Of a stretch of DNA of 64,000 nt, positions 9,968-20,192 are shown piece after piece. The translations under genes and the position numbers were made by a program. The notes under the pieces are model-generated. The model was given only the letters and a program-made list of their open reading frames with translations, had not been told where the DNA came from and did not search any database. How positions within the stretch are numbered: the first letter of the stretch is position 1; each line of letters starts with the position of its first letter. The stretch spans positions 124,001 through 188,000 of the IMG/VR virus record IMGVR_UViG_3300027754_000034. One strand, 5' to 3'.

Positions 9968-10019
9968 TGTATTACCTATTTGCTGTGTGTTGTGTGTGCG
10001 TGTCGCTCGCCCACCAGGA

Positions 10020-10044
10020 AGACGCAGCGCGCGCGCCGACTGTC
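10020..10044 (-). promoter_or_regulatory. ECF-like promoter motif (GACAG-N15-CGTCT) in a ~55-bp repeated cassette
   Basis: cgcccaccaggaagacgcagcgcgcgcgccgactgtcaccattctcttcagaat, near-identical at 15.57, 31.41 and 35.36 kb. Confidence 0.75.
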
Positions 10045-10147
10045 ACCATTCTCTTCAGAATGTTCCTCCATCAATTCTTGGATTTCTGCCTGGATAATAT
10101 TTAATTCTTGGACGTAATTTTTATAAAAATCGACGAGATCCTTCATA

Positions 10148-10729
10148 TCAATCCACCATAACTTCTTGAACAACCGCTAATTTTAAAATTTCTTCAATTT
10201 CTTTAGGAGAAATTCCTACTGTAAGCGCTTCGTTGATCCAATTGGGAAGAGCTACTTCAGCTTTCTTCCTCCGAATTTGATTTTTATGGATTCGAATTTT
10301 GTTTTGATCCGACAGTAATTTGTCAATTTGACATGTGGTATTTTCTAATAAACACTCGATATGTTCCTTTGACTTAGGGTTTAGACTACCAACTTTCACA
10401 CTAAGTTCAGATACAACTTCATCTCTAACATCTCGCAAAGTTCGTTTTTCTGAATTGAATCCTTGTTTATTGAGTAATTCATATGTTTTAATCCACCAAT
10501 TAGCAAGACCAGAAATTTCAATTATGAAATTTCTGGTCGATGGTGGTGGAGAAGTACGATCACTTCGAGATGAATAGTAACCCGTTATTCTTTTCCCATT
10601 TTCAACTCGCGAGATCCTAGTCCCTATTTTATCGCCGTTACCAACGATTGTCGTGGACTTGAGAGTCATGGTCGGTATAGAATCAATAACATCCTGTATT
10701 TTCTTCTGAATAATCTGATGGTGAATCAT
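10148..10729 (-). CDS. Hypothetical protein with shared C-terminal tag
   Basis: Ends SPKEIEEILKLAVVQEVMVD*. Confidence 0.7.
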   Translation of the reverse strand: MIHHQIIQKKIQDVIDSIPTMTLKSTTIVGNGDKIGTRISRVENGKRITGYYSSRSDRTSPPPSTRNFIIEISGLANWWIKTYELLNKQGFNSEKRTLRDVRDEVVSELSVKVGSLNPKSKEHIECLLENTTCQIDKLLSDQNKIRIHKNQIRRKKAEVALPNWINEALTVGISPKEIEEILKLAVVQEVMVD

Positions 10730-10997
10730 TCTTTTCTTTCTTCTTTTTCATTCTAATCGCTCTAAGCTCTAATCTAGAAAGCTCTGGCGGAAATTTATCC
10801 GTTCTTGCAATATAATACATCGTCAAGAAACTCAACCTCGCAAACCACACCTTATTACTTTCATTAATTTTGTCGTAATAGTCCAGAATCATTTGACAAT
10901 CTTCTGGACTGTGATACCATAAACCAAATCGAATTTTTTCTTGGTAGAATATTGATTCTACTAGTTTTTCAACACTATGATTCATGATGATCCGCAA
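10683..10997 (-). CDS. Hypothetical protein
   Basis: Operon overlap. Confidence 0.45.
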   Translation of the reverse strand: MRIIMNHSVEKLVESIFYQEKIRFGLWYHSPEDCQMILDYYDKINESNKVWFARLSFLTMYYIARTDKFPPELSRLELRAIRMKKKKEKNDSPSDYSEENTGCY

Positions 10998-11308
10998 ATT
11001 AAATCGTAAAAGTCTTTCTCACTGATAGTTTTCACACCCTTTTGGATGGCTTTCTGAAATTTAGAAGCCACATTTCCAGCGGCATTTGTCCAGTCCGCAT
11101 TGGTGAGAAGCAAGTCTGTGTTCCACTTCACGCTATTATGGAATACCCCGCCGGCAAGACCGATGATGTTTACGATATCCTTCCTTGGTCGGCCAAGATG
11201 ACCCGTGATACAAATGTTCTTCCCCCTAAGAGTGTCGGAGACTTCCATGATTTCCACAATAGTCGCCATGTCGGTAAATTCATTAATTCTTGCCATGATT
11301 CTCTCCAT
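10982..11308 (-). CDS. Stand-alone BRCT domain (NAD-ligase type)
   Basis: LRGKNICITGHL..PR.......GG....SV...TDLLL...SKFQKA...GVKTISEKDF. Confidence 0.8.
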   Translation of the reverse strand: MERIMARINEFTDMATIVEIMEVSDTLRGKNICITGHLGRPRKDIVNIIGLAGGVFHNSVKWNTDLLLTNADWTNAAGNVASKFQKAIQKGVKTISEKDFYDLICGSS

Positions 11309-11457
11309 GATAACGTTGATGCATTGGTACTCGTCTTGACACTCATTTGGCCGAGACGAGTGAATGAACTGATAACTGGGAAAGCTGCTAGGATAAGAAG
11401 CAGCTCATCCATATAGAAATGCGGGCCGAGGTTCCTCCGCTGTTCTCGTTACCGAAC

Positions 11458-11482
11458 AGACGCAGCGTCCTACCCGATTGTC
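11458..11482 (-). promoter_or_regulatory. ECF-like promoter motif (GACAA-N15-CGTCT)
   Basis: agacg-cagcgtcctacccga-ttgtc. Confidence 0.7.
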
Positions 11483-11513
11483 GCAGTTGATTTCGTGATA
11501 TGGAGCTAAAATT

Positions 11514-12212
11514 TCAAAGTAAACTTAAGCATTTCTTGTGAAATTTCTCTTGCTGGCCAGGGTGAAATATTTGAAAAGAATGCCAAAACTCTTCCACCCC
11601 ATTACCACTTTTAAATGTAGTACCCCTACCAAATTCCGGCATACCGTCTTTTAAATTCCAAGACGGGGCTTCTTGGGGAGCTTCATCAAATCTAGACGGG
11701 ATATAAAATTCTATTGGAACCCCGTTATCCTCTGCTAAAAAGGTATACTCCTCGGCCACATCAGATCTATAAGTTTCTACAGCACTCGGGCTTCCCATTT
11801 CCTTAAAGACTTCACGGTGGATTGCCATGCAAGAAGGAGCTACGAATAGGTGCTGATTATTCGCTATATGGTTTGACCTTTGAACGTTTCCTATTAGGAC
11901 ACCAGAATTGGCTTTATGGGCCAAGTTATTAATGGCTTCACAATTTAGAGGAACGCAATCAATATCTAAAATCACTACGACATCATGGTCACAATGATTT
12001 TGTACTTTTAAACTCTTAAAATATTCATTATCTGCACCATTCATTGCCCAAAAATGATCAATGCTGATCCCGTGCCTCGTATTGGTCTTTATTGAATAAT
12101 GAGGGAATTTAGAAGGGTTAAATTTCTCAACTACCTTTCTTTGTAATTCGACCGTATTATGGTCAATGTTATCCATATAAAAACTAATTATGCATGCATT
12201 CACTTGATCCAT
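11514..12212 (-). CDS. GT-A fold glycosyltransferase-like protein
   Basis: VVILDIDCVPL DxD motif; adjacent to a GT2. Confidence 0.65.
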   Translation of the reverse strand: MDQVNACIISFYMDNIDHNTVELQRKVVEKFNPSKFPHYSIKTNTRHGISIDHFWAMNGADNEYFKSLKVQNHCDHDVVVILDIDCVPLNCEAINNLAHKANSGVLIGNVQRSNHIANNQHLFVAPSCMAIHREVFKEMGSPSAVETYRSDVAEEYTFLAEDNGVPIEFYIPSRFDEAPQEAPSWNLKDGMPEFGRGTTFKSGNGVEEFWHSFQIFHPGQQEKFHKKCLSLL

Positions 12213-12955
12213 GGGAGTTTCCCTTCGTGTCTTTCCAGCATTACTTTATTCCCGTTCAGGAAAAAATCCTTTTTCACAGAGGTATCTGTGTTTCCTGCCG
12301 TATAATTAACCGAGTATTCATGAGTCGAACCATAATTTGGAAAGTCCTTATTCAGAATATTAAATATTGCTCTATCAGCTTCCAGGATCCCCAATTTTCG
12401 GGTTTGACGATGCCATGTGGGGGCAACTCGGATAGCAACGAATTTCCGTAGAAGATAACAATTCGTATCTACTAGATGATCGTTCTGATTCATAAAACTG
12501 CTCCATATCCCCAAAGACTCGCAGTTGTCTTGGCAAATGAAATTTCCCTCAGAATCCGTAATATTTCTAAAAGAATAAACCCAATCCCGCTTAGGATTAT
12601 CAAGAGACTTTATGCTCTTCTCTAAATGACCCTCTATGTAGGTATTATCATCATCTAGATATGAAACATATTCCCCTTCTGCGAAGAAGGGAGCACCGCC
12701 GTAAATTCGGTGGCAAAGATAGCCACTTTTGCCGGTCGAGTATGGTAGTGGGATTATATCCAGCCTACGGCCTGGTGATGGCAAGAATTGTGAGTTACTT
12801 ACTGCTTCTTGCACTTTATTTAAATGTTCTGCTCCATCTACTATTATTAGATGTTGAATATTGGGGTAAGTCTGATTAAAAACACTATTTATGCATTTAA
12901 CAGCTAAAGGATTTCCTGTGCTTGCTGTTATTACAGTAATAAACGGCTTTTTCAT
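12200..12955 (-). CDS. Glycosyltransferase family 2
   Basis: ITVITAS...CINSVFNQTYPNIQHLIIVDG...YVSYLDDDN. Confidence 0.88.
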   Translation of the reverse strand: MKKPFITVITASTGNPLAVKCINSVFNQTYPNIQHLIIVDGAEHLNKVQEAVSNSQFLPSPGRRLDIIPLPYSTGKSGYLCHRIYGGAPFFAEGEYVSYLDDDNTYIEGHLEKSIKSLDNPKRDWVYSFRNITDSEGNFICQDNCESLGIWSSFMNQNDHLVDTNCYLLRKFVAIRVAPTWHRQTRKLGILEADRAIFNILNKDFPNYGSTHEYSVNYTAGNTDTSVKKDFFLNGNKVMLERHEGKLPWIK

Positions 12956-13007
12956 CTATTTACTTTACGGGTAAAATATACTAAATCTTTAAAATGAGAA
13001 ATTTGGT

Positions 13008-13253
13008 ATGGATATGATGAGTGTAATCGCAAAACTAAATGGAGAAGGACAACTTATTTGGATAATAAAATCCAATGATTACTTAGTGATATATAATTGC
13101 GAATCCGGAAAAATAAGCGGAAATTGGAAAGAAGGAGTGTTTGCACCAATAGATGCCGTCATAGGTGCTCTGATTGAGTGGTATGAAATAGATAAAGTCA
13201 GTTATGGTGGAGAAAATATTAAGAAGGTTAAAGACTCACTTCATTCTATTTGA
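13008..13253 (+). CDS. Hypothetical protein
   Basis: ORF track. Confidence 0.4.
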   Translation: MDMMSVIAKLNGEGQLIWIIKSNDYLVIYNCESGKISGNWKEGVFAPIDAVIGALIEWYEIDKVSYGGENIKKVKDSLHSI

Positions 13254-13693
13254 ATGGATTCTATCTTAGTAAGCCTATATAAATCAATTATGTAGGCTTC
13301 TTCGAAGTCATGCTTTTTGAATACTTTTTTGAGGGAGTTAACCCCCTCAAAATCCATTTTCGCCGTGACTCTTTTTGCTTTTTTAAGAGACTTTCCGAAT
13401 TCTGAAAAATTTACGCAACTATTCTTTATTAAATCATTAAGTTTCACACTTTTACTGAGTCGTAGAACTTCTTCTTTACTATCTTTAATCCATAAAGTAG
13501 GATGATCTATCTTGATGCAATATTTAACTATATCGGATTGAGTGTTAGAGTTGTAAATAAAACTCTTTATATTTCCTTTATACTTTATTTGTACATTCTG
13601 AAATATTTTATCACTTTTAACAGTCCAAAAACTAGTAAGTATTAGGTTAGTTAATACTTCCTTTTCAAAATTCTCATATAATTTATGGGACAT
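13241..13693 (-). CDS. Hypothetical protein with shared C-terminal tag; paralog of 13717..14307
   Basis: Ends KHDFEEAYIIDLYRLTKIESIQIE*. Confidence 0.65.
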   Translation of the reverse strand: MSHKLYENFEKEVLTNLILTSFWTVKSDKIFQNVQIKYKGNIKSFIYNSNTQSDIVKYCIKIDHPTLWIKDSKEEVLRLSKSVKLNDLIKNSCVNFSEFGKSLKKAKRVTAKMDFEGVNSLKKVFKKHDFEEAYIIDLYRLTKIESIQIE

Positions 13694-13716
13694 TAGTCCA
13701 ATTTACATCACCTGAT

Positions 13717-14307
13717 TTATTCGTTCTGGATTTTATGGATTTGGCTTTCTCTTAAAAGGTTCAGTACTTGTTCTTCTTCAAAGTCATGACTTTCAAACAT
13801 CTTTCTGAGCCTCTTAATCTTCGTGGACTCAGCCATTTCAACTTTCTTGGTCTGAACCTTCTTGACTATGGCCTGTGCCGGTCCTTGTCCTATTGCTTGA
13901 TTGATGGCATGATCGATTTTGGCGATGAGGGTTGGGTTCACGTAATTTTTCTCCACTGTGTTCACATACTCCTCTGACCATCCGTTCTGTGTGGCAATCC
14001 AAGACAGGTCACCCTGCCTCCCGTAATAACAAATATACCCCATGATGTAAAGGGCCGCTCTCTCGGTATCGGGAAGAGAGAAGCCAAATCTTTGGATTTC
14101 ATTTCTGAGACGGTAAGCAGGAGGAGCAATTCGTTGCTCATATCCGATTTTAATTTCCTTGATTCTCACCCCAGAGAGAACTGGAAATTTCATTTTCACA
14201 GAGAGCTTCCTAATAATCTGGTATCCAGACGTCGTCCAATAAGCTGATAGCTGCAAATCATTGATGATTTCCTGCAGTTCTTTTTCTGTATACTGGTATT
14301 TATGCAT
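13717..14307 (-). CDS. Hypothetical protein with shared C-terminal tag
   Basis: Ends SHDFEEEQVLNLLRESQIHKIQNE*. Confidence 0.7.
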   Translation of the reverse strand: MHKYQYTEKELQEIINDLQLSAYWTTSGYQIIRKLSVKMKFPVLSGVRIKEIKIGYEQRIAPPAYRLRNEIQRFGFSLPDTERAALYIMGYICYYGRQGDLSWIATQNGWSEEYVNTVEKNYVNPTLIAKIDHAINQAIGQGPAQAIVKKVQTKKVEMAESTKIKRLRKMFESHDFEEEQVLNLLRESQIHKIQNE

Positions 14308-14325
14308 GATGAATCCCTTGGTCTT

Positions 14326-14568
14326 TCACGGGAGAACGTCCAGATATTGGATTCCGATCAGCTTTGGATTTGTTCGAGCCCACCTCTTCGCCTCGGTGTA
14401 CGTCAGCCCGCCCGGACTGAATACGGTGTGGTCAAGGTAATCGGGCTTGTTCGTATAATACTGATCGCAGAAGGCCCAGCTCCCTCGGCCTCGGGGAGGC
14501 TTCTGATGAGAGTTCTCATATGGAGCGGTATTAAAGATTTTTGCCGACACGATTCTCTCCTTCACCAA
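14326..14568 (-). CDS. Small phage protein (PRGRGSWAF family)
   Basis: PY..SH.K.PRGRGSWAF...TYTEAKRWA. Confidence 0.55.
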   Translation of the reverse strand: MVKERIVSAKIFNTAPYENSHQKPPRGRGSWAFCDQYYTNKPDYLDHTVFSPGGLTYTEAKRWARTNPKLIGIQYLDVLP

Positions 14569-14652
14569 TCATACTAATTTTGGACTCTCTGGATTCTTAA
14601 AAGCTACGCTTTCGACCGTCTATTCAGGCTCAATTGCTGTTCCAGTACATAT

Positions 14653-15075
14653 TTAATTTGTATCGAGAAAAACTTCAATCAATTCAAATGGTCTAATGAG
14701 TATTTCTTTTACTAAATCTTGTATTAAACTCCATTCAATGTTGTTTACAATATGTTCGAATATTGCACAGATGTCTTCACATTGTGGGTCATCGGGGTTG
14801 AAATCTTTTATATTTAGTTCATTTTGAATACTCAGTATCGAGTATAATTCGACAAGTTTTTCTATTCCTTCCTTAGTGATTATTCCTTCTAGGTCTTCGG
14901 AAAAATCATAAAGACGCGCGGAACTGCTTCGATAAAACTCACGTTCTTTTTCTTCTAATGCTTCCTCCGCTTTCTCTTTTGACTTGTAAAGAGTATGTGG
15001 TTTACTATATCCCGCCCTCGTGTAAGTTTGATCATCATAGTCATATTCAGATTCAATTACTCCATAAACTATCAT
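14653..15075 (-). CDS. Hypothetical acidic protein
   Basis: Coupled to upstream gene. Confidence 0.55.
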   Translation of the reverse strand: MIVYGVIESEYDYDDQTYTRAGYSKPHTLYKSKEKAEEALEEKEREFYRSSSARLYDFSEDLEGIITKEGIEKLVELYSILSIQNELNIKDFNPDDPQCEDICAIFEHIVNNIEWSLIQDLVKEILIRPFELIEVFLDTN

Positions 15076-15452
15076 TAGTCAACAAGCTCCACATGTGTTT
15101 CACTCATGGTGATTTTTAATGGCACGCCTTTGAAGGTCTTGGATCCCATCCAAGGTTCAACTGGCATACCCGACATACACTTCTCAAGTGTCGGGATATG
15201 ACCTAGGTCATCTACCACATGCTGTTCAAGGACGTCCCTGACAGAAACATCCTTGCCGTCCGAATTTTTAAAATATACTCCATGGATCTGCTCGGCCAGC
15301 ATGATCCCCCAGGCATTGTGGAGAATCATCCGATGGCGCATGTCCGGAACGTAACCTTTGGTAGAATCCATCCAGTTGTGGAGTGGAATATAGTCATCGA
15401 CCTTCCCCCCAAATTTACGAACTGAGATCTTGGCATGAATGAGTGGTTTCAT
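15075..15452 (-). CDS. DUF6915-like His-rich protein
   Basis: PLIHAKISVRKFGG..DDY..LHNWMDSTK...DMRHR..LH..WG...EQHV.DDLG.IPT. Confidence 0.7.
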   Translation of the reverse strand: MKPLIHAKISVRKFGGKVDDYIPLHNWMDSTKGYVPDMRHRMILHNAWGIMLAEQIHGVYFKNSDGKDVSVRDVLEQHVVDDLGHIPTLEKCMSGMPVEPWMGSKTFKGVPLKITMSETHVELVD

Positions 15453-15577
15453 TATACTCTGAAAAACCTCGTATCAACAAATTGCATATAGAGTAGTTTG
15501 ATCACCCCCATTGGGGGAGTCTCCGCTTATCGTAAATTCAATACTTACCTATGCTGTGTGTGCGTCGCCCACCAGAG

Positions 15578-15602
15578 AGACGCAGCGCGCGCACCGACTG
15601 TC
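15578..15602 (-). promoter_or_regulatory. ECF-like promoter motif
   Basis: agacg-cagcgcgcgcaccga-ctgtc. Confidence 0.75.
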
Positions 15603-15627
15603 ACCGTTTTCTTCAGAATATATCTGT

Positions 15628-16725
15628 TCATTCGTAGTTTCGTTCCCCAACGAAGGCAGGAAATCTTGGGATACCATCCTTCGTAGTTTCCTGAAATCGA
15701 AACGTAATCATTGCACCGACGATCGGCGGAGAACGCCGATTATTATCAGTCAGTCCGGACCCGATTTCAAACCGGGTTCCTGCAGCCAGGATAGCTTTCT
15801 TCCCTCCAGCCTGGAGTGTGGTCGGCTGATTAATAATGCACTCCAGCCCCCCGGTCATTCCTTTATATTTTCCTTTTCCCGGAAAGTGACCTGTGACTTG
15901 GGCTTCAGTATCAAAGAAAGTCTTCACTTTTAGTAAAGAACCGGATCGCCCGATCTCGTAGTGGGACCCGGGCATGCGTGCCATAACACCTTCCCCGCCC
16001 AGCGTTTCAATATCTGCCAGGTATTTCCGCAAATGTTCATTCCCCTCGCATTCATGGCTCGGTAGCATCTGAACGAAATCCGGGAATGATAACGAGTGAG
16101 TTCGAAGAACAGACATTCGGGTTTCGAACGTCCCATCGACCTTCGGGGCGTCGAACACCTGAAATTGAATTCGCTTCCACCTGTCATCCGGAGTCATTGT
16201 CCGAACGATCGAAATGGTTTCCTGGAACATTCCCCGTCCACATGTTAGTTCCCCGTCGAGCGGAATCTCTGGCATTTGGTCCAGAAACCATTGCGGGGCG
16301 TTGAACACATTCGACCTCTTCGTTACCGCATTCTCTCGACTCCAGAACTTCTTACCATCCCATAGAGCCCGAACTCCATCCAACTTTTCCGAGAGCCACC
16401 AACCGGTCAGGTCTTGTGTGTTATCCCATGAGTGTGCCAATAAACAGTTTCCCTTGCTGGAACTGAGTGCAGTTGCTGTGACTGAACTCTTCAGGGGTGC
16501 ACTTTCCTGAAGCAGGACACCAAGACGGGTGTCCTCAAAGGCAAGGCCGTTTTCGACCTTGAGATGTTTACAAGTTCTTTTATCGGGACTTGACTGGCCC
16601 TGGTTTCTCCAGGCCGGGCAATCACACGAAAAATGACCCCCATGGTTTTTAAGTTTATAAGGATTTTTTCCAGATCCTTGGAACAACACTATAGTTCCAA
16701 GACCCCCATCAATCAATTTACCCAT
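15628..16725 (-). CDS. ATP-dependent DNA ligase with N-terminal SWIM zinc finger
   Basis: SEKLDGVR, LDGEL, FQVFD, EGVM, LLKVK, PRFP; N-terminal CDCP...CKH. Confidence 0.93.
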   Translation of the reverse strand: MGKLIDGGLGTIVLFQGSGKNPYKLKNHGGHFSCDCPAWRNQGQSSPDKRTCKHLKVENGLAFEDTRLGVLLQESAPLKSSVTATALSSSKGNCLLAHSWDNTQDLTGWWLSEKLDGVRALWDGKKFWSRENAVTKRSNVFNAPQWFLDQMPEIPLDGELTCGRGMFQETISIVRTMTPDDRWKRIQFQVFDAPKVDGTFETRMSVLRTHSLSFPDFVQMLPSHECEGNEHLRKYLADIETLGGEGVMARMPGSHYEIGRSGSLLKVKTFFDTEAQVTGHFPGKGKYKGMTGGLECIINQPTTLQAGGKKAILAAGTRFEIGSGLTDNNRRSPPIVGAMITFRFQETTKDGIPRFPAFVGERNYE

Positions 16726-16820
16726 TTAATTTTCCTAGCTTGTAAATAACATTATATGTGTTATGAAATGAAGACGTGTGCGCCCGCCGCGCCGAGCGCC
16801 GCGAATTGCCCGCACCGGGA

Positions 16821-16845
16821 AGACGCGCTGATCGCGCCGATTGTC
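16821..16845 (-). promoter_or_regulatory. ECF-like promoter motif
   Basis: agacg-cgctgatcgcgccga-ttgtc upstream of the ligase. Confidence 0.7.
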
Positions 16846-16874
16846 GCGGAATCTTGAAGCACATATATAATACC

Positions 16875-17687
16875 CTAATTCAGGTGTACGTCCGCGATTT
16901 GCAGCCTTCTCAACAAATCACTAAAATCAACACAGTGCCCTTCCATAAAGCTGCCCGCTGACAGTTCAGCCAGTAATTCTTTTTCCACAAGCTCTTTCCA
17001 ATGAGGGCTCGGATATTCGTGTTCCGAAACCGCCTTGACTAGCAGTTCGGTCCAATCGGAGAAAGTAGCAATTCCATGTTTATTTCTTTCGAAATGTTCA
17101 TCTCTTTTGAAGATCATGTGGATTCGTTCTTCAAAAGAGATAACCACTTTCGTCTTCTTGCGAACCAAATCCCCAAGATCTTTCAGGATCGCCCCGGTCA
17201 GGATCGCCCCGGTCAGATTCGCCCCGGTCAGGTCCGCCCCGCTCAGGTTTGCCCCGCGTAGATTTGTCAGCATCAGGTTCGCGTTGGTCAGGATCGCCCC
17301 GGTCAGGTTCGCGTTGACCATATACGCCCCGCTCAGGTCCGCCCCGCTCATGTCCGCATTGGTCAGGTCCGCCCCCCGCAGGGCCGCATGGTTCAGGGAC
17401 GCATGGCTCAGATTCGCCATACTCAAGTCCGCACTATTCAGGTTCGCCCCGAACAGGTTCGCCAAACTCAGGTTCGCCCCGAACAGGTTCGCCAAACTCA
17501 GGTCCGCATCAGTCAACATTGCCCCAGTCAGGTTCGCACCACATAAGTTCATCCCGCTCAGGTTCGCATCGGTCAGGTACGCATTGCGCAGGTCCGCCTT
17601 GGCCAGGTCCGCCTGCTTTTCCCCCTCCTGACGGCTGAGCCGGATGGCGTGTTGCACTAAAACTGCTTCGAGTTCTGCCTTTTTCAT
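16875..17687 (-). CDS. Pentapeptide-repeat protein with C-terminal domain and shared tag
   Basis: A(D/N)LxG repeats; ends RLQIADVHLN*. Confidence 0.9.
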   Translation of the reverse strand: MKKAELEAVLVQHAIRLSRQEGEKQADLAKADLRNAYLTDANLSGMNLCGANLTGAMLTDADLSLANLFGANLSLANLFGANLNSADLSMANLSHASLNHAALRGADLTNADMSGADLSGAYMVNANLTGAILTNANLMLTNLRGANLSGADLTGANLTGAILTGAILKDLGDLVRKKTKVVISFEERIHMIFKRDEHFERNKHGIATFSDWTELLVKAVSEHEYPSPHWKELVEKELLAELSAGSFMEGHCVDFSDLLRRLQIADVHLN

Positions 17688-17816
17688 AATATGCTTCCTC
17701 TTGGATATCGTGCGGGGAGAAGATGAACTAAAAAGAGTTATTCATAACTTCGCTTTCCAACGAATGTCGGGAACATTAGCATAGGATTACTTTTACGTTG
17801 GTTTTATCTGAGGTAT

Positions 17817-17857
17817 AGATTCCTGCCACCCATTCCTCATTAGGATGGCAGGAATCT
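17817..17857. terminator. Hairpin after the VWA gene
   Basis: agattcctgcca...tggcaggaatct. Confidence 0.6.
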
Positions 17858-17859
17858 TC

Positions 17860-19341
17860 TTACTGCCGGGTAGGATTGAGCTGAACTACCCGACCGAAGT
17901 TCGGCTTAAAATGCCGCTTATTCGTGATAATCCACAGGCAATCCGCTCCCCTCGGCATCAGATTAATCGGGACTTCACCACAATCTCCATCGGTCAGAAT
18001 GATCACTAGATCAATCTTGTCACCAAATTTCTGCTTCGGCAGATCCTGGAAGAACTCGGTAAATACCGTGCCTCCACGACCCACCACCTGCGTACGCTCC
18101 AAAGAAGTCTTGCCGCTAACCCGAGTCGCTTTATCCCAATAGGGGACCGCATCACATGGCACGATCCAACCTTCAGCGACATCCGCCACCAATTGAAGCT
18201 CCTTCACCCCGTTCGCAATATCGTCATCCGACATTGACCCGGAGGTGTCCATCAAACAAACCCACCTAGGGAGGAAGTCGTGCTTCTTGGGTGTGTAGAG
18301 CTGATGCTTTGGGACGAATTTCCCATTCTCGTCCTTCGAGTAGATGTAGCTCGGACGACGGCGGAATCGCTTCCAGTCATTAATGTTTCCGGCATTCGCC
18401 TTCTTCTGTGCAATAGCCATTCGGATGATATCTCGTGCCGAGAGTTCTGGCTTCTTGAGTCGACCCAATGCCTGTTCGATACCCTCCGGTACCTCTCCAC
18501 GACCCATGGCACGGGTCTGGTCAGCAGCCCTCATCATATCCCCAAAGGTCTCCTCCTTGGTTTGGGAGGGAGGCATATGAGAATCGAGAGACCCCGGTCC
18601 ATCACAACAACCGGGCTTAGCCCCGCACTTCTGGCAACATTCTGGTCCCCAGGGCTGCGGGATTGTGCTCTGACCAGTCTTCGGGTCAAGAGACATGGCA
18701 CCGCAACCTCCTGCGTGCTCCTTGCAACGACGAGGGGAGTTCATTTGAGCCTTGCGGATCTGCTCGTAGATGGACTCCGGGCTTCGCCCGTAGACCGTGA
18801 CGTCTGCAAAGCATCCGGGTTGGGGGAGGTCATCCCGCGTTCCACCAATCCACTCCAAGTACATTTGGAGCGAAATCGGAGTTCCGAGCGGACCTGTCCA
18901 GATCTTCGGGAATTTCTGGTTCCGACCGGACTTCTCGTGCTCGGTCTCGATCGTGGCGTTCACCACGTAATCGACCGAGATGTTCCAGCATTGTCCGTCC
19001 AGACCACCGGCCCGTTCGGGGGAACAGTGGAAGAAGAGTACATGGTAGCTCTCGTGAGACATGACGGTCGTCACCTCTTCGGGAGACAGGGATTCCAGGA
19101 ACTCGGGGTTCCAATAGTATTCCTTACCGTTCGTGGCTGCTGTCTTGATTTCTTGTCCCCCGAGCTGCTTCGCCAGCTTATGGGGTTTAGGACCACTGAG
19201 GGCGAACAGGAAGGGATTTCCCCCTCCTGACGGCTGCCGGAACATCCTGGTTAAACATGAATTGATTTTATCCTGACAGTCCTGCAACTGTCGGGGGCTT
19301 GAGGCCACATTGTACGGATCAGCCAGTCGTGTGTATTGCAT
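17860..19341 (-). CDS. DUF2201-type metallopeptidase-VWA protein (MoxR partner)
   Basis: TAATNG, HESYH (HExxH), DYVVN, MIDAS DTSGS, GRGGT, ILTDG. Confidence 0.88.
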   Translation of the reverse strand: MQYTRLADPYNVASSPRQLQDCQDKINSCLTRMFRQPSGGGNPFLFALSGPKPHKLAKQLGGQEIKTAATNGKEYYWNPEFLESLSPEEVTTVMSHESYHVLFFHCSPERAGGLDGQCWNISVDYVVNATIETEHEKSGRNQKFPKIWTGPLGTPISLQMYLEWIGGTRDDLPQPGCFADVTVYGRSPESIYEQIRKAQMNSPRRCKEHAGGCGAMSLDPKTGQSTIPQPWGPECCQKCGAKPGCCDGPGSLDSHMPPSQTKEETFGDMMRAADQTRAMGRGEVPEGIEQALGRLKKPELSARDIIRMAIAQKKANAGNINDWKRFRRRPSYIYSKDENGKFVPKHQLYTPKKHDFLPRWVCLMDTSGSMSDDDIANGVKELQLVADVAEGWIVPCDAVPYWDKATRVSGKTSLERTQVVGRGGTVFTEFFQDLPKQKFGDKIDLVIILTDGDCGEVPINLMPRGADCLWIITNKRHFKPNFGRVVQLNPTRQ

Positions 19342-19385
19342 TTGATATTACCTCCGTGAGCGAACCTGCGCGGCTCGCACCGGAA

Positions 19386-19410
19386 AGACGCCGCGACACG
19401 CACGACTGTC
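19386..19410 (-). promoter_or_regulatory. ECF-like promoter motif
   Basis: agacg-ccgcgacacgcacga-ctgtc. Confidence 0.7.
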
Positions 19411-19466
19411 GATATTCCCTTTGATCAATTATATGAATTTTTATCGGGAAGGTAAAGTAAATAATC

Positions 19467-20192
19467 ATGCCAGCATTCGTCTCTAAATTAGATAGTTGCG
19501 TCATTCACAATACGGGATTCGTTGAAATTCCCGGGGGATTAGAAATTTCAAAGTTCCCGGTTTGGGATCGCGACAATGATTTAATCGCTAGATTAGGTCC
19601 TGGAATTTCATCGACTTGGGCAGAATCTAGTGGTTTTAGACTCCCTAGTGTTGCCGAGTATGACGCTTTACATAAAATTTCAGTCTACATATCTCCTTAT
19701 ACCCTTCCTACTTCTGATATGTTAAAAACTGCTGGTGTTTCTGCTAACGATGTAACCTCAATTAATAATTTTAGAAATAATAATATGCGGTCTAAAGAAT
19801 GGTGTGAAAAACACGATAAGGGGGTACTTGCCAGATTAGCTGATGTTAATTGGATAGACCAACCAGTAAGCAATGCAGGGAAACATTGGGTACAAGGTGG
19901 AGTAATATATGGATGGTGGAAAAAGGATGGGACTAAAATCCAAAACCCAAGCACTGCTCATCGGGCTGATGTCGGATTTACAGATTACGCAACTAATTTT
20001 CATGTCGTAAGGAAGTGTGCAAACCCGAGTTCTCCAGTTCTTCCGAAGAGAACGAAATTGGGAGATAAAGGCCCAGACGTCATTGCCTGGCAGAACTTTT
20101 TGATAACGAGTGGTTTTAACCCCGGAACTCCCGATGGAATTCATGGGAAGAAAACAGAAGACGCAGGTTTGGCCTGGAGTAAGTCAAAATGA
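19467..20192 (+). CDS. Protein with FGE/C-lectin-like N-terminal part and C-terminal peptidoglycan-binding domain
   Basis: GFRLPSVAEY; LGDKGPDVIAWQNFL...G.PDGIHGKKTEDA. Confidence 0.6.
   Translation: MPAFVSKLDSCVIHNTGFVEIPGGLEISKFPVWDRDNDLIARLGPGISSTWAESSGFRLPSVAEYDALHKISVYISPYTLPTSDMLKTAGVSANDVTSINNFRNNNMRSKEWCEKHDKGVLARLADVNWIDQPVSNAGKHWVQGGVIYGWWKKDGTKIQNPSTAHRADVGFTDYATNFHVVRKCANPSSPVLPKRTKLGDKGPDVIAWQNFLITSGFNPGTPDGIHGKKTEDAGLAWSKSK

Noticed and set aside
15075-15452. Candidate DatZ (HD dATPase)
   Set aside because: His-rich but too short and lacks the HD/YfbR motif order; looks like DUF6915
17035-17631. RFAP/RSAP-repeat ORFs opposite pentapeptide genes (also 25229, 33031, 53535)
   Set aside because: Reverse-strand translations of the pentapeptide repeats
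19467-20192. Diversity-generating retroelement target (FGE/C-lectin fold)
   Set aside because: No reverse transcriptase and no template repeat with adenine-specific mismatches in the window
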